Origin: Hormiphora californensis
Lineage: Eukaryota; Animalia; Ctenophora
NCBI GenBank assembly: GCA_020137815.1
Contig: CM035350.1
Location: 2,480,001 to 2,544,000, forward strand
Length of the DNA: 64,000 bases
Direction: 5' to 3'
Each line of letters begins with the position of its first letter. The stretch's first letter is position 1. Under the pieces are notes generated by a model. It saw nothing but the letters and a program-made list of their open reading frames with translations, was not told where the DNA came from and searched no databases. Positions 19,442-32,896 of the stretch are shown here, piece after piece. The position numbers and the translations under genes are program-made.

Positions 19442-20767
19442 CTACTCGATCTCCTTCGTCTCGATTGCCTCTTCTGTTCCCATTGAGCTGAGAATAGTGA
19501 TAGCAAGCTGAGCTCCCTCATCGAATCCCTCACGGATCTTGTCACCAAGCTGAAATAAAACAAGATGTTAGGGGGGCAGAATTGTAAGGCAGGGGGGGGG
19601 GGTGCAGCCCCAAAAAAAATCAAACTTTTTCCGAAACCCAGGGTATGGTTGATTTTTTTTGGTTTTTTTTTGTTGAAATTTCTTTGATTTTTTTTGGTCG
19701 TTTTTGATTTTTTTGATCGTTTTTGATTTTTTTTTGAATTTTTTTGATCGTTTTTGAATTTTTTTGATCGTTTTTGAATTTTTTTGATCGTTTTTGATTT
19801 TTTAAATGTTTAATGTTTTTTGGTCGTTTTTGATTTTTTTTTGGTCGTTTTTGATTTTTTTTAATCGTTTTTTGAATTTTTTTGATCGTTTTTGATTTTT
19901 AAATGTTCAATGTTGAACAAAAAAGTTCAAAAAAAATCAAAAACGATCAAAAAAGTTCAAAAAAATCAAAAACGATCAAAAAATCAAAAAGATCAAAAAA
20001 AATCAAAAACGATAAAAAAAATCAAAAAAGATCAAAAAAAGTCAAAAAAAATCAAAAACGACCAAAAAAAATCAACACTTTTGAAAATCCAGGGTATGGT
20101 TGGCTTTTTTTTGGGCTGCACCCCCCCCCCCCCCCCAAGGCATATTGGGTTTTTATTTGGGAATATGAACACTTTCTATTTAGAAGAAGAGAGACATTTC
20201 TACAACGTGACATTTCTCTAAGAGCTACAGCAGTGACATTTCTACAACAGTGACATTTCTCTAAGAGCTACAACAGTGACTCTAATCTAGCTGGTGCCTA
20301 CCTCGTTGGCTGGTACACGGATATCACACCGGGTGCTTCCGTTCTCGTGCATGAGATCCAGATGATCATCATCAATGTTCATCAGGGTATAAATAGCTCG
20401 GGTCACCTTGGGGCACTTAACCGTGGCGTGAGCCTGGGAGATCTCGTCGTGCCGGGATCCAGTTGAAGATGTTCTTTGCGAACGATGGCACACTTAGCGC
20501 TGCCGTGCTTGCCAGGTTTTGAGGTGGAGATGCTGTCCACCTTGCAAGGTTGATCCTTGATGATAATGTAGCTGCCCTTCTTCAGGGTACTGGTCTGGAG
20601 AGGAGGAAGTGGGTTAGGAAACATTATATATATGGTTGTCATGGTAATCTTTGCAGTCTTAGATACTCTCCAAAACTAGATATTTCGTGTTTACTAACCT
20701 GAACGAACTCGTAATCCTTGGCTCCGGATTCCTGGCTCTCGACCTCAAAATCATCATTATCAGACAT
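19442..20767 (-). pseudogene. EIF5A: eIF5A copy A, frameshifted in exon 2 (pseudogene or sequencing error)
   Basis: Same 3-exon structure as copy B, but with two 1-bp insertions near 20461-20482 relative to copy B. Confidence 0.7.
19592..20136. mobile_element. Foldback-type palindromic element in eIF5A intron 2 (copy A), 6-bp TSD AAGGCA
   Basis: AAGGCA|G-run-TGCAGCCC-A-run ... T-run-GGGCTGCA-C-run|AAGGCA. The interior is a TTTTTGATCG-type array followed by its reverse complement. Confidence 0.8.
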
Positions 20768-20910
20768 GGCGGCTGGGTGTGTTGCTAAGAAGGAATTGGA
20801 GGAGTTTAAATCACACAAGGGTCAGGGGAGGATGGGAGGAGGGGAGAGAGATAAACTAGCCAGCTCAAATGTGACAGATTGTTTAAAAAACTGGTAAATT
20901 ATAGATTTCG

Positions 20911-21056
20911 TTATAAGGCATCATCTTTTACAAATTGACACTGCACAAAAATACGAGGTACTGATAGCCCTTCTTTTTTGTTTACTGTTTCCCTCTGTTC
21001 ATATGTTCCTACTGACATATGAAATCCCCCTTCCTCAAACAGTGCACGGACTTCAT
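20911..21056 (-). pseudogene. Orphan duplicate of the last METTL6 exon
   Basis: DEVRALFEEGGFHMSVGTYEQRETVNKKEGLSVPRIFVQCQFVKDDAL* is repeated from 23786-23931 without the upstream exons. Confidence 0.8.
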
Positions 21057-22326
21057 CTGAAAATAGGGTGTGGTGTAAGAATGAGAGAGAGAAGAGACGG
21101 AGAGAGAGAGGGAGCGAGGAGAGAGAGAGAAGGACACAACTAATGTGTACTTAGAAGGTAGTAAAGTGAGGAGACGACAAAACCGTAGCGGTAGCCTGTA
21201 GATCAAGAAAATGTTACGCTCCAGTTACAAAATTAAAACCTCACATCAGTTTCTCTGGACAGCTGGGACATTCCTGTTGAACCATGTCGTGCACGAAATT
21301 TTCAATCACGTGATCGATGTGAATTGCATTGAAAGTAGCACGTCAGCACTCCAAAGAGAACCTGACCCCAGTTTTCACTGAAACTTATATCAGGTTTCAA
21401 TTCAATTTTGTAACTGGTCCCTTAGGCGGGTAACCATAAATAGGGATCCCTAAAAAAGTTCAGTATTTACACAGCGTTTTATTACACAGTCTTTAAACAG
21501 TCGTTACACCCAGCGCCGCGTCTTTTGCACTCGATTTGCAGCGTTTATGGACTTTATAGAACGGCGCATGTGGGTGTCTAGGAAGCGACGGGAGTTAATC
21601 CGTGAGAAAATACATCGAAACTTTTCCGCTTTGTACCACATTTTTTGAGCTCGCCACGGGGATGCACTACACAGGCGTCTTTTCCGGTCGATTCAGCGGA
21701 TAGAAAATCGTGAAAGGAATTGGAGAATGGTACCGCAGATAACGGGTCTGTCGCCCTGTCAGCTTTCAAGCCCTTCGTATGTGACAATGATGAATGAGAG
21801 GGAAATTCAACAGCTGGGGATTTTGGAAAAAGTCAAAAGTGAACGCGTCGCAAGTAAAAAAAAATCGAAACGCGAGATCAGATTTACTTCGCGCGCGTAT
21901 TAATGTTCAGTGATGCGCGTAAATGTTTTGCGCGCAACAAATTTAGGGAGAAAATTTCCTGTCATAATTTTTCTACAACACCAATTCTCACCAAATTCTT
22001 CCGTCCGTTCGAGAATAAAAACTGACATTTTCCTTAAGGTTATCAGTAAATAAATGTTTCAGACAAATGGGTTCCATAAAAACTTTTCAAAAAAAGATTA
22101 AAACCAATACAAAAGTTGCGTGGCCTCAGTCCTTTTCTCTCTCATAATTTATGATATGCCTTATAAGACGATGTTCGATGCTCTGCAAGTCTCGGCAGCC
22201 GAAACAAGTGCAAAGATAGACACATGTGTTACATCTAGCGGAACGTACAATTCACAACCACACATACACACCCAAAATAGCAGCCCACAAACATAAGCAA
22301 AAAAGGAGGGATAGAGAGCGACATCA

Positions 22327-23651
22327 CTACTCGATCTCCTTCGTCTCGATTGCCTCTTCTGTTCCCATTGAGCTGAGAATAGTGATAGCAAGCTGAGCTC
22401 CCTCATCGAATCCCTCACGGATCTTGTCACCAAGCTGAAATAAAACATGATGTTAGTGGGGGCAGAATTGTAAGGCAGGGGGGGGGGGTGCAGCCCCAAA
22501 AAAAATCAAACTTTTTCCGAAACCCAGGGTATGGTTGATTTTTTTTGGTTTTTTTTTTGTTGAAATTTCTTTGATTTTTTTGGTCGTTTTTGATTTTTTT
22601 GATCGTTTTTGATTTTTTTTTGAATTTTTTTGATCGTTTTTGAATTTTTTTGATCGTTTTTGAATTTTTTTGATCGTTTTTGATTTTTTAAATGTTTAAT
22701 GTTTTTTGGTCGTTTTTGATTTTTTTTGGTCGTTTTTGATTTTTTTTAATCGTTTTTGAATTTTTTTGATCGTTTTTGATTTTTAAATGTTCAATGTTGA
22801 ACAAAAAAGTTCAAAAAAAATCAAAAACGATCAAAAAAGTTCAAAAAAAATCAAAAACGATCAAAAAAATCAAAAAAGATCAAAAAAAATCAAAAACGAT
22901 AAAAAAAAATCAAAAAAGATCAAAAAAAGTCAAAAAAATCAAAAACGACCAAAAAAAATCAACACTTTTGAAAATCCAGGGTATGGTTGGTTTTTTTTGG
23001 GCTGCACCCCCCCCCCCCCCCCAAGGCATATTGGGTTTTATTTGGGAATACTGAACACTTTCTATTTAGAAAGAAGAGAGACATTTCTACAACGTGACAT
23101 TTCTCTAAGAGCTACAGCAGTGACATTTCTACAACAGTGACATTTCTCTAAGAGCTACAACAGTGACTCTAATCTAGCTGGTGCCTACCTCGTTGGCTGG
23201 TACACGGATATCACACCGGGTGCTTCCGTTCTCGTGCATGAGATCCAGATGATCATCATCAATGTTCATCAGGGTATAAATAGCTCGGGTCACCTTGGGG
23301 CACTTAACCGTGGCGTGAGCCTGGGAGATCTCGTCGTGCCGGGATCCATTGAAGATGTTCTTTGCGACGATGGCACACTTAGCGCTGCCGTGCTTGCCAG
23401 GTTTTGAGGTGGAGATGCTGTCCACCTTGCAAGGTTGATCCTTGATGATAATGTAGCTGCCCTTCTTCAGGGTACTGGTCTGGAGAGGAGAAGTGGGTTA
23501 GAAACATTATATATATGGTTGTCATGGTAATCTTTGCAGTCTTAGATACTCTCCAAAACTAAGATATTTCGTGTTTACTAACCTGAACGAACTCGTAATC
23601 CTTGGCTCCGGATTCCTGGCTCTCGACCTCAAAATCATCATTATCAGACAT
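22327..23651 (-). CDS. EIF5A: Translation factor eIF5A (155 aa), copy B; exons 23651-23583, 23479-23189, 22434-22327
   Basis: MSDNDDFEVESQESGAKDYEFVQ|[34 protein letters not shown]...DIRVPANE|LGDKIREGFDEGAQLAITILSSMGTEEAIETKEIE*. The hypusine-loop GKHG is present, introns are phase-0 GT-AG, and the length is typical. Confidence 0.92.
22478..23022. mobile_element. Foldback-type palindromic element in eIF5A intron 2 (copy B), 6-bp TSD AAGGCA
   Basis: Same structure and flanks as 19592-20136. Confidence 0.8.
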
Positions 23652-23785
23652 GGCGGCTGGGTGTGTTGCTATGTGGGAATTGGAGGGTTTTAAATACTGT
23701 GGGCAGGGGAGGACGGGAGAGAGATAAACTAGCCAGCTCAAATATATGGTAGATTGTTTAAAAAACTGGTAAATTATAAATTTCG

Positions 23786-23970
23786 TTATAAGGCATCATC
23801 TTTTACAAATTGACACTGCACAAAAATTCGAGGTACTGAGAGCCCTTCTTTTTTGTTTACTGTTTCCCTCTGTTCATATGTTCCTACTGACATATGAAAT
23901 CCCCCTTCCTCAAACAGTGCACGGACTTCATCTGAAAATAGGGTGTGGTGTAACAATGAGAGAGAGAGAA

Positions 23971-24032
<62 letters not shown>

Positions 24033-25335
24033 ACAGCAGAATAAACACGCTGTAACAACAACATACACTCACCGAGGGTAAAATAGTATGCTCTCGTCCC
24101 ATCCTGACGTACATAGAAGTTATCAGATATCTTGTGGCCGGGTTTAAATCTCATCATGGCATGATCGAACAGCCCATAATCCCTGAATAGTATCCGACCA
24201 CCCGGTTTTACAACCTAAGGGGCGAGTTTAATTAAAAACAAAACATCCACTTGATATAATCACAACAAGTGTGCTTTTTATGGTGACCAATATATTGACG
24301 GAGCACCACTGTACAGCACTGTTAAGGGGGTGGGAGTTACTAACCCGGTGTACGTTCTGGACGACATCTCTAAACTTGTCAGGTGATATTGCAGAGAGAA
24401 CGAAGATCATGGTGAGAACAGTCGATAGAGGATTCTGGGACCTCCTTCCGGGATAGGCCGTGTGATATCACATACAAAGGCAGTAACTTTTCCACTCTTA
24501 GAGTACTCCTCGTGTGCCTACTGCAGGGAAGGACTGTTAGTTGTGACGGAAGGGGAAAGGAGACTAGACAGAGGGGGAGGAAATAGAGAGTTCGGATATG
24601 AAGTATCCTACCTTAACCAAGTCAACAGCCCGTGGTGAGAAGTCACAAGCGTACACAGCAGTGAGATCGGGGCGTTCCTCAAGTAGCGGATAAACTGTGT
24701 TTCCAACTCCACATCCTACTTCCAAGACGACTTGACACGCTTCCTGTTAGAGGGGTGGCTGGTTAGAAGATGTGAAATCACCTGTCACAGACAGGCGTGG
24801 AAAAGACACGAACGTTGTCGCGCACACAGTTGTGAACAAGTACTGGTGTGTGCGCGGGCACTTCCCACGCTGACACTTGCCAGGTTTTAGAGGGGGAGGA
24901 GCGCGCAACTTGCTAGTCGTGTGTGCGGCGTACAATGCACCTCAGTATTACATTGGTTACGAAGTCACCCCTATTATTGCATATAGCTAGCGCAGAGGGG
25001 GAATTTCATTACCAAAGTATTACACGCCTCCAGCAGCAACTCAGCATTAATTGTGCGAAACAGCTGCAGCAAACCAGCTATATAACAACCGGTGTCCCTT
25101 TGTCTACCCTTCCCGCTCCCTTAAAAGTTGAAAATAATAAACATACCTTGTTCAGTAAGATAGGAAATTCCCGGGTAAGCCAATGTCGATCCTTAAAGAA
25201 ATGATCGGTGTTCCGCTTGTAAAACAAATCCCAGTTTCTCCCTGATTCTCGTTCCAACTTCTCCCGTTTGAAATCTGACACGGGAACATCTTTCTCCAAC
25301 TTGGTTCGTTCCTGCTCCGTGAGTTGCCGTGGCAA
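23786..25335 (-). CDS. METTL6: tRNA N3-methylcytidine methyltransferase METTL6; exons ~25335-25147, 24743-24612, 24517-24345, 24214-24073, 23931-23786 (start uncertain, indels in exon 3)
   Basis: VSDFKREKLERESGRNWDLFYKRNTDHFFKDRHWLTREF, LEVGCGVGN, YACDFSPRAV, IFVLSAISP, FRDYGLFDHAMMRF, YVRQDGTRAYYF, RIFVQ. Probable 1-bp errors near 24420-24450 and near the ATG (~25377). Confidence 0.9.
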
Positions 25336-25504
25336 ACCAGCAACATGGATCTGATGATGTCATCATCATGACGTCATGAAGGTAGCTACAAAAGTTTTAA
25401 CAAAATCAGAATAACTGAAACACTCATTAAATCACAGCCATACTCAACCTTCTCTCTCGGCAAAGGGTCTGATATATCTCATGGCACACTACTCCTCATA
25501 TAGT

Positions 25505-25920
25505 TCATGTAGCAGCAAGTCTGGCTGCTGTTTTGGCGTTCTCTAACATCATTTTACACACACTATACTCTTCAAGCTCATGCTGGCAGTAGTCCATCTT
25601 TCCCTTCTTCTTAACACACTTTTTAATGGCCTTCTTCAGGCTGGCACAGTCAGTGGAAGAGATAGTAACTGGTGGGCATGGGTATAGAGCTATCTCTCTT
25701 CTGTTTAGATGGTTTAGTTGGCTCATTCCACATATTTTCAAGATATCTCTTACAGTGTGCCACGTTATCTGCCTCTACTTTACATCCCTCCTTCCCCTTC
25801 TCCTCTATACATCTCTGAAGGGCCATCTTGAGTGGTTTACAATCAGTACCGGGCGGCACATTTTACCACCGTATTCCTATCAACTTCATCCTGCCCTGGT
25901 GGCTGCTCCTCCTGGGACAT
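25505..25920 (-). CDS. Small protein with four CX9C motifs (two CHCH domains), single exon, two apparent frameshift errors
   Basis: CKPLKMALQRC, CKVEADNVAHC, CASLKKAIKKC and CQHELEEYSVC are each exactly C-X9-C. The ATG at 25920 follows an acceptor (CCCCAACAG|AC ATG). Frame changes occur near 25855 and 25700. Confidence 0.7.
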
Positions 25921-26690
25921 GTCTGTTGGGGACAGAGGGAGAGTTATATTTGGAGTTGGGGAGTTATATTTGGGGAGTTATATTTGGAGTTGGGGAGTGT
26001 CAAGGGTTGAAAGGAGAGTGAAACAAAGTTTTTTTTTCAGAACCAATTACAATTCTCTCTTATAATACACATTCTAAATCTTTATAATGAGTTATGAGAG
26101 ATAAAGTATCCGAAAAACGAGGAAGTAACTGAAAGGAGAAAGACAGATTTCAAACTGTTTCTATCATTCTTTCCCTTCCAGATTTTCACTAAAGATATAT
26201 GAAACCCGATAGCTGATTTATCGGTCGTTTGAAGAATTTGCGCGCACATGATAACCTCCAGCTGGGAGATTTAACACCCTCCTCGCAGTTTGACAGACCA
26301 GTTCCCTCTTTCACGCTTTTCTCTTCATTTGAATAACATGCGTGTAAAATTCTAAGTATTGAAAATGTGTGTAAACACACAGTTCTGTCAACAAAAGAAA
26401 GGGGAAACATGTCTGCAACACGTTTCAATGTTATCTCTCTCATAAGGAGTGAAAAGAATCACATTCCATTCATTTCTCTCTCTCATTGTCTCTTTTACTG
26501 TTCACTACCTCTGACAGTGTGTATTGCCCCTAATCTTTCTCTCTCTCTTTCTCAAACATGTTAGGAACAGTAGACACTAAGTCTACACACATTTTCACGG
26601 TGTCTGTTGACTAATTGCCAGCAGTCCTAGTGTGTTTCACCTTGTGTTGTGTCTCTTATTTGTGTGTAATTACTATCGGGTTTCATAAAA

Positions 26691-26883
26691 TATGAACGTT
26701 TGTTAGCCTATCGCGTTATAGGTTTAAATCACCTCCCCCTCACCCTCGGCTGGCGCCTCGGGATCGGCGTCGGGATTTAAACCAGTTTAATCGCCCTGCC
26801 GGGCGATTAAACTCCAGTTGGCTGTCCCCAGCTCGCGCTGGGAACAGCCAACTTGATAACGCGCCAGTCTACAAACGTTCATA
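26691..26883. mobile_element. Small multi-hairpin MITE-like element
   Basis: 13-bp TIR TATGAACGTTTGT/ACAAACGTTCATA encloses three internal hairpins (GGTTTAAATC..GATTTAAACC; AGTTTAATCGCCC..GGGCGATTAAACT; AGTTGGCTGT..ACAGCCAACT). Confidence 0.7.
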
Positions 26884-27483
26884 CTTCATATATCGACACT
26901 ATCTCGTGGACAAAAACAGAATTAAACCCAGCTCAACTCACTAACATATAATACGTATACATCGGGTGAAACACATGTGCCTAAAACAGACAGACACCAA
27001 AAATCATCAAATCATCACACACTTCAATCTTCATCACAAAGTAATTCCAGGGAAAGGGGGGAGTTTCGCTCTCTCTCTCTAGCCCGCTTTTTGAAGGACG
27101 GAATATGTATATTATGTCGTAGTTAAACTTCATGTAAATTTAATCAATGATATATTACTCCGATTCAAATAAAAAAGAAGAGAAGAATTAACACACATAT
27201 TACCATAACACCATTTTGAGTGGATGGGGAATAAAGAAATTTATAAGTGTTTGATATCGCGATATCTCCCTCTTTACACCAAGATCAACACACACACGAA
27301 CAAAGGAGACAAAACAGGAGAGAGAGATGTTCACTACTAAACAGATCGTACTTCCCTAGCAAAGAGTAACGGGAGAAACAAAGAGAGAAATAACGGAGAA
27401 TGTATGAATTAGAGAATCCGGCTCCCTAACACTTCTTATTCCTAGCATATATCCCTTGTTTCTCTGAACTCAGCTGTACTGTC

Positions 27484-30888
<3,405 letters not shown>

Positions 30889-31083
30889 GCTACACAAGAG
30901 GAAGGGTAAATAAAATGAGGAAGGGGGGGGGGCAATGGTATGATGTGGGTGCACTACACAAAGGACAGAGAGACAGATAAAAAGTGACATTGCAGTTGTA
31001 TTTTTAGAGCAACATTTGACAGATAGAAATACACAATCCCTTACACAATATACACCCCTCTCGTCATGATAGTCTTGCATCTC

Positions 31084-32259
31084 TTAGATGGGCTTATAAT
31101 CAAGCTTAGACTCGAGTTTCTTTGAATCAGAAACCTTACGGACGGCCTTCATAAAATCTTCCTGAATGACGTAGTCGCGTTCCGATCGGATGGCAAACAT
31201 ACCCGCCTCAGTACATACGTTCCTCAGATCGGCTCCATTAAATCCGTCACTCAACTTCACTACCGCCTCGTAGTCAATCTCACCGTGTTTGGTGATCTTT
31301 GAGGAGTGAATCTTGAGAATGTCCATTCGGGAGAGCTCGTTAGGTAGGGGGATCTCAATCTTCCTGTCAAGTCGACCAGGACGTAGCAAGGCAGGATCGA
31401 GGGTATCGGGACGGTTTGTGGCCATGATAATCTTTACTTTGCCTAGAGAATCAAATCCATCCATCTGGTTGAGAAGTTCCATAAGTGTCCTCTGAATCTC
31501 CCGATCAGCACTTGTGCCCTCGCTGAACCTCCTACCACCGATGGCATCGATCTCGTCCATGAAGATGATACAGGGCTCATGATCTCGGGCATAGTTAAAC
31601 ATCTCCCTGATCAGACGGGCACTCTCTCCAATGTACTTGTCAACGATAGCACTTGAGACGATCTTCAGGAAGTTGGTTTCTAGCTGAGAGGCGACAGCCC
31701 TAGCCAACAGCGTTTTACCAGTTCCAGGAGGGCCGTATAACAGACAACCCTTGGGAGGGGTTATACCAACTCGAAGGAACAGCTCAGGGTTGATCAGTGG
31801 CAGTTCGATGACTTCCCGAAGTTGCCTGATCTGCTCTCCCAAACCTCCCACACTCGAGTACTTGACATCACCGGGGTCCTCGTGGCTCATCTTGTAGACG
31901 AGGGGATCCACCTCACGGGGCAGGCACCTCATGATGGTTAGGGTAGTCATGTCCAGAGCGACACGGGTGTTGGGGATGAGTTTAGCACGGTCGATCTGAC
32001 GTCGGCACCCAACGACATATCGGGGACCATTGGACGCCTTAACAATGAACTTCTCTTCGGACAGCTGCTTGAGCATCTCGCCCACAATTTGACCAACACT
32101 CTGCAGGGCTTTCAGATCATTCTCAGATTTGTCGTAGTCCTTCTGCAAGTCCTTCAGTTCTTCTCTCATTTTCTTCAACTTGGCATCGATCTCCTTGTGC
32201 TCCATTAGCTTCTTTCGGTACTCAACAAGAGCCCGCTCACGCCTCTCTTCCGCAGTCAT
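31084..32259 (-). CDS. PSMC6: 26S proteasome AAA-ATPase subunit Rpt4 (10B), intronless, 391 aa
   Basis: [18 protein letters not shown], Walker A GPPGTGKT, Walker [26 protein letters not shown] and the C-terminus [12 protein letters not shown]. Confidence 0.98.
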   Translation of the reverse strand: MTAEERRERALVEYRKKLMEHKEIDAKLKKMREELKDLQKDYDKSENDLKALQSVGQIVGEMLKQLSEEKFIVKASNGPRYVVGCRRQIDRAKLIPNTRVALDMTTLTIMRCLPREVDPLVYKMSHEDPGDVKYSSVGGLGEQIRQLREVIELPLINPELFLRVGITPPKGCLLYGPPGTGKTLLARAVASQLETNFLKIVSSAIVDKYIGESARLIREMFNYARDHEPCIIFMDEIDAIGGRRFSEGTSADREIQRTLMELLNQMDGFDSLGKVKIIMATNRPDTLDPALLRPGRLDRKIEIPLPNELSRMDILKIHSSKITKHGEIDYEAVVKLSDGFNGADLRNVCTEAGMFAIRSERDYVIQEDFMKAVRKVSDSKKLESKLDYKPI

Positions 32260-32274
32260 GATAAAGCTGAAATA

Positions 32275-32329
32275 AGAAATAAGGTTTAGACTCTGATCTG
32301 ACTCAGATCAGAGTCTAAACCTTATTTCT
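32275..32329. repeat. Perfect 27-bp-arm palindrome just upstream of PSMC6
   Basis: AGAAATAAGGTTTAGACTCTGATCTGA-C-TCAGATCAGAGTCTAAACCTTATTTCT. Confidence 0.95.
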
Positions 32330-32896
32330 CAGATCATCTGAGCCAGAAGTCTGGACTCTCAAGACTCTTAAGCCTTGAGGGACTAAAGTTGGTGCATTAA
32401 GGATGAAACAAGTGAATTAAGGATGAAGTTGCAAGTAAAAATAAACCTCTACGCTCTAGTTTCTACAGACACGGTGCTGTAGAGAGGAGCAGCCAACAGG
32501 GAGCAAATACCCTTGTGCCTTGGGAGGAAAAGGAAAAAAACTTCGGCTGTGCAAAAAATTTTCCGAAAATTCATATCGATCGAGTCCGCGCGCGTGGCGT
32601 TGCGTCGTCAGAGGGCGTTTTTTAGCGCGCTACATTTAATAAGCACATAATCACATGCACTCGTTACGTCGCGTGACTCGATAACAAAAAAGCAACCTTT
32701 TTTTCGGGAAACGTTAAAACTTAAAATTAAAAATCGGGCACCGTTAAAGTCGGATTTTTTGAAACTGTCACCCCCCTGGGTATTTTCAAATTTCGTAAAT
32801 GACCATAAATCCGGTTCCTGACGAGATAGAGACTTGAAATTTGGAGGTTACTAAGATCTGCTGGGTAAAGATAAAACCCCGAAAGCACTCCCAACA

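Larger units (their letters stand above)
18277..23965. repeat. ~2.9-kb tandem duplication (copy A ~18277-21085, copy B ~21166-23965) containing eIF5A and the last METTL6 exon
   Basis: Colinear near-identity at an offset of ~2885 bp, for example the identical ORFs at 18693/21578 and 19276/22161, with scattered SNPs and indels. Confidence 0.92.

Noticed and set aside
23174-23188. eIF5A apparently truncated at EVGTS*
   Set aside because: GAG|GTAGGC is a splice donor; the real last exon is at 22434-22327.
25360-25377. ATG ACG TCA TGA TGA TGA in frame with METTL6, suggesting selenocysteine or readthrough
   Set aside because: The same gene has other 1-bp indels, so error is more likely. No SECIS was identified and METTL6 is not a known selenoprotein.
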